Origin: Utricularia gibba | Lineage: Eukaryota; Plantae; Magnoliophyta | NCBI GenBank assembly: GCA_002189035.1 | Contig: NEEC01000020.1 | Location: forward strand, 186,001-250,000 | DNA length: 64,000 nucleotides | Direction: 5' to 3' | Part shown: positions 61,092 through 64,000 of the stretch, piece after piece | How positions within the stretch are numbered: the stretch's first letter is position 1 | How the letters are laid out: every line of letters starts with the position of its first letter | Notes under the pieces: model-generated | What the model saw: only the letters and a program-made list of their open reading frames with translations | Database searches by the model: none | Told to the model about the DNA's origin: nothing | Translations under genes and position numbers: made by a program

Positions 61092-63519
61092 CTACAGTAT
61101 TTGCACGTCCTTTTGGGATGAAGCCTGCGCCTCTTCATCAGAAGCATGGCTGTGTTTCTGGGTGAAAAGGCGAGAAACCATGCCTTTCGAGGATGATGTC
61201 ATCCGATTCTTTCGGCTGTCGCCGCTCTTCTCGGTGAGCTCTTCGAAGATGTTCTTCATCGTACTCTCGAATCGGCGCTTGAATGTGGGATATCTGGAGA
61301 TGGATTTCGTGATTCCTCGTAGCCTATCATCGGAAAAAACTTCATCAGGAGATGAAAAAGGCATGGCTGATTTCCAAAGAAAAGCTGTTGTTACCTGCGG
61401 GCAAGCGCATCAAGCTCAGCACGTCGGAGTTCCGATGTCGGCTCGGCGGCGATATACGAGTTCTCCAATCTTGTGGGATCACCACTCAGGAGAACTAACG
61501 TACTAAGGTACTGTTCCTCAGACTCAGAGAGGGTGTGAGCTATAAGCTGCTCTTTTATAATCAACAAGGGATTCAGGAACCAGTCAAAGAAAGCATCCTT
61601 AGGCCTATTGGAAGAGGTGATCTCTGTTCCATCATCGCCTGTAGCAGAGATGGAGAATTAGTTCACCACAACAAAGAGGGACGCCATTGATTTGCCGCAC
61701 AGCACTTACTTATCAGAATTCCAGCAGAATTGGCCTTGGCAGAGTGCAGCAGTGTCTGAAGAATGCAGTAAGCAGGCAGCCCAATGGTGATCACATTGCC
61801 ACTGTTCTTGTTGCTCTTTGCATCTTCAATATCTTTCCGACTGATGATTCCCCTTTCCGCCAGAACTTCGCCATACCGGCGGCAGCCCTTGAACAGTCCA
61901 TCCGCCAACTACAATTCAAGCAACAAGGACATCCGTCAGCTTCCAGTGGTTACCCATGAAGCAATAGTAAATGGAATCACGCATACATCTAAAGCCCTCA
62001 ACTCAACCATAGGCCCTGCAAGCGAGTTCATCCGGGAAGGTGGATTCTTGACAGATGCAGGCTTGTCAAAAGAATCCCGGGGCGACAGGCTTTGTGAACC
62101 GGGAGCTCTACTATACTGAGGTCTGCAAGGAAAGAAGTGGGAATGGCTGTTGTTATGTGATGATCATGTAAACTGGAAGAACATGAGCATATCTGAACCT
62201 GGGAAAGCAAGATCCTTCTGGCATATCAAGGATGTCGTTGCTGTATTCGTCGTAAATCGACAATGATGCCACAATGTAGCAGAGTCCAAACCAGAGAGAG
62301 CTCTCCTGTATACAACATCAGAACATGTGATTTTAGTGAATGATACCAGTTGTATTTCTTTGAACATCTTTGCAACCTGATAGACAACCACAGCAGCATA
62401 AGCTCCTAAGAAGATGCTCGACACCGCAGAACCCAAAACAGCACCAACAACAGCCGGTGGCCACAGTAAAATAGCGAGACCTGCAAAGGGCACGCATATT
62501 GTCTCCAGAAACGGCCCTTCACGGCCTACACAATCATGAAACAACCGGATCCATCCTTTCACAAGCATGATGGGGCTCTTGACCAGAGCAATAACCGTAA
62601 TCACCGGTAGATCAACGACTACACCTAGCGATCCGATAATCAGAGATGGTAGAAGATATAACAGTCTGCAACACACATGAAACACCACTTCAGATCAAGG
62701 ACAATTTCCATGAAGCTAAAGAAGTGCTTGGTTACAATGGAGCACAAAAACACCAACCGGATCTCATAATACTTCCCCGGAGAAGGGCCTTCAAGTGCTA
62801 GATCTTTCATGATTGACATGTACGAGTGGTAACAAACATCAAGGAAATCACGGACTACATTGAAGCTGTCTTTCACACTACCATATGTGCCATCCTGCCG
62901 GCAAGGGAATGCAAGATAAGTCCATGAAAAAGACAGGATGCAAGCTGAGATTCATGGAAGTCAACCTACACAAACGCAGTGATAAAACTTGTCTGATCTA
63001 CCCTCTTCCACTGCCTTAAAAGTGGCAAACATGGGTGACAAAATACCATATGCAATACCAAACACAATGCTGGAGGAGATTCCAATAGGGGGCCAGGACA
63101 AAAGGGCTGCAAAAGTACACACGCAAAGAACCATCTTCAAAACTGGGCCAAATTTCTTTGTACTGCAACCAAGAAACTATGGAATCAGTATGTTGTGCAA
63201 GCTGAATTGGGATTGCAGAAATGATCAACAACATACCTTAAGATACAATAATAGGTATAAAAAAAATGGAGAGGCCAGAGTCCCAAGATGATCGCAGATA
63301 TCCCAATAGTGATTACCACAGATATCACTGGAAGCATAAGAATGCCTGAAAACAATCAACGGAGCCATCATTCCATCACTGCACAGCCAATCATTCGAAT
63401 CGAGAGAAAGGAAGTACCCACAAACCTTTGATGATACCAAGAAGGAGAAGCCCAGCGAAAAGCGGCAAGAAAACGATAAATTGCCAGAGGGAACCGAGCA
63501 ACCCCCTTCCGGGCTCCAT
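61092..63519 (-). CDS. Uncharacterized membrane protein, At3g27390-like, multi-exon
   Basis: MEPGRGLLGSLWQFIVFLPLFAGLLLLGIIKG; GREGPFLETICVPFAGLAILLWP; YDEYSNDILDMPEGSCFP; VITIGLPAYCILQTLLHSAKANS; GITKSISRYPTFKRRF. Confidence 0.92.
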
Positions 63520-64000
63520 TCGTAGTTTACCTCCCAATCACCAAAAAATTCGCCTTCAATGAAGAACAACAAAACTTTTCCAGTCCAGCAACCCCACTTT
63601 ACCAAATGACAATGTTTTAGTTCGATCAGTTCAGCGGGTTCCCTGGTTGTTGATTCCTACACTCTTTCCGCATGTGCACACCGCATCTTTATCGGAGCTT
63701 TGCGATAGGATTACGAAAAAAGGTAGTGGGTGTTGCTGTAATTGCGCAAAATGGCTTCTCCACCAACTGGCACATAACTGCTACAATGGCCACAGCAGTT
63801 CATATCTTATATAGCAAGACCCACCTCGCGAGTTTGTACCCTTCTTCGCAATCTTCCCTGAACAGCAATTGCGTTCCACGATGACCTACTTTTCTTCACT
63901 GTTTGTCTTTTTCATTTCCACCCGAAGCTTCGTCCGCCATTGACCGACTACTCTTCCCTGAACGCTCGTGTTGCTTACTTTTACTCACATCCTTTTTACC

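Noticed and set aside
63620-64000. Coding-like sequence upstream of the At3g27390-like gene
   Set aside because: All frames are interrupted by stops, no family was recognised, and it lies at the window edge.
1-64000. CRISPR arrays, operons or prokaryotic defence systems
   Set aside because: The window is intron-containing plant nuclear DNA, and no regularly spaced repeat-spacer array was seen.

Overview
This window is gene-dense angiosperm (probably eudicot) nuclear DNA with short introns, mostly about 70-120 bp, and short intergenic spacers; a compact plant genome is inferred, and no species is assigned. It holds about 19 host protein-coding genes: plastid PNPase, a CAT amino-acid transporter, two PLS-E PPRs, EGY1, a tandem LSD1 pair, TMEM230, a G6P-1-epimerase, a VIN3-like gene, an AAA-ATPase, a SAM methyltransferase, CER3, a tetraspanin, an ARGLU1-like gene, DTL/CDT2, a sucrase/ferredoxin-like gene, a KS-dehydrin and an At3g27390-like membrane protein. 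It also holds one tRNA-Pro(UGG), a 3.7-kb PIF/Harbinger element and two apparently genuine pseudogenes: a DnaJ-type zinc-finger gene and an eIF(iso)4G that has lost its eIF4E-binding and MIF4G region. At least seven otherwise conserved reading frames break at short homopolymers, usually one base short, which most likely reflects long-read consensus error rather than biology. I did not find a clearly new multi-gene system. The best leads are the MA3-only eIF(iso)4G derivative, the Harbinger with an intact Myb-like gene but dead transposase 22 bp from the CER3 stop, and the LSD1 duplicate with a new C-terminal tail. Family assignments come from remembered motifs; no database search was run.
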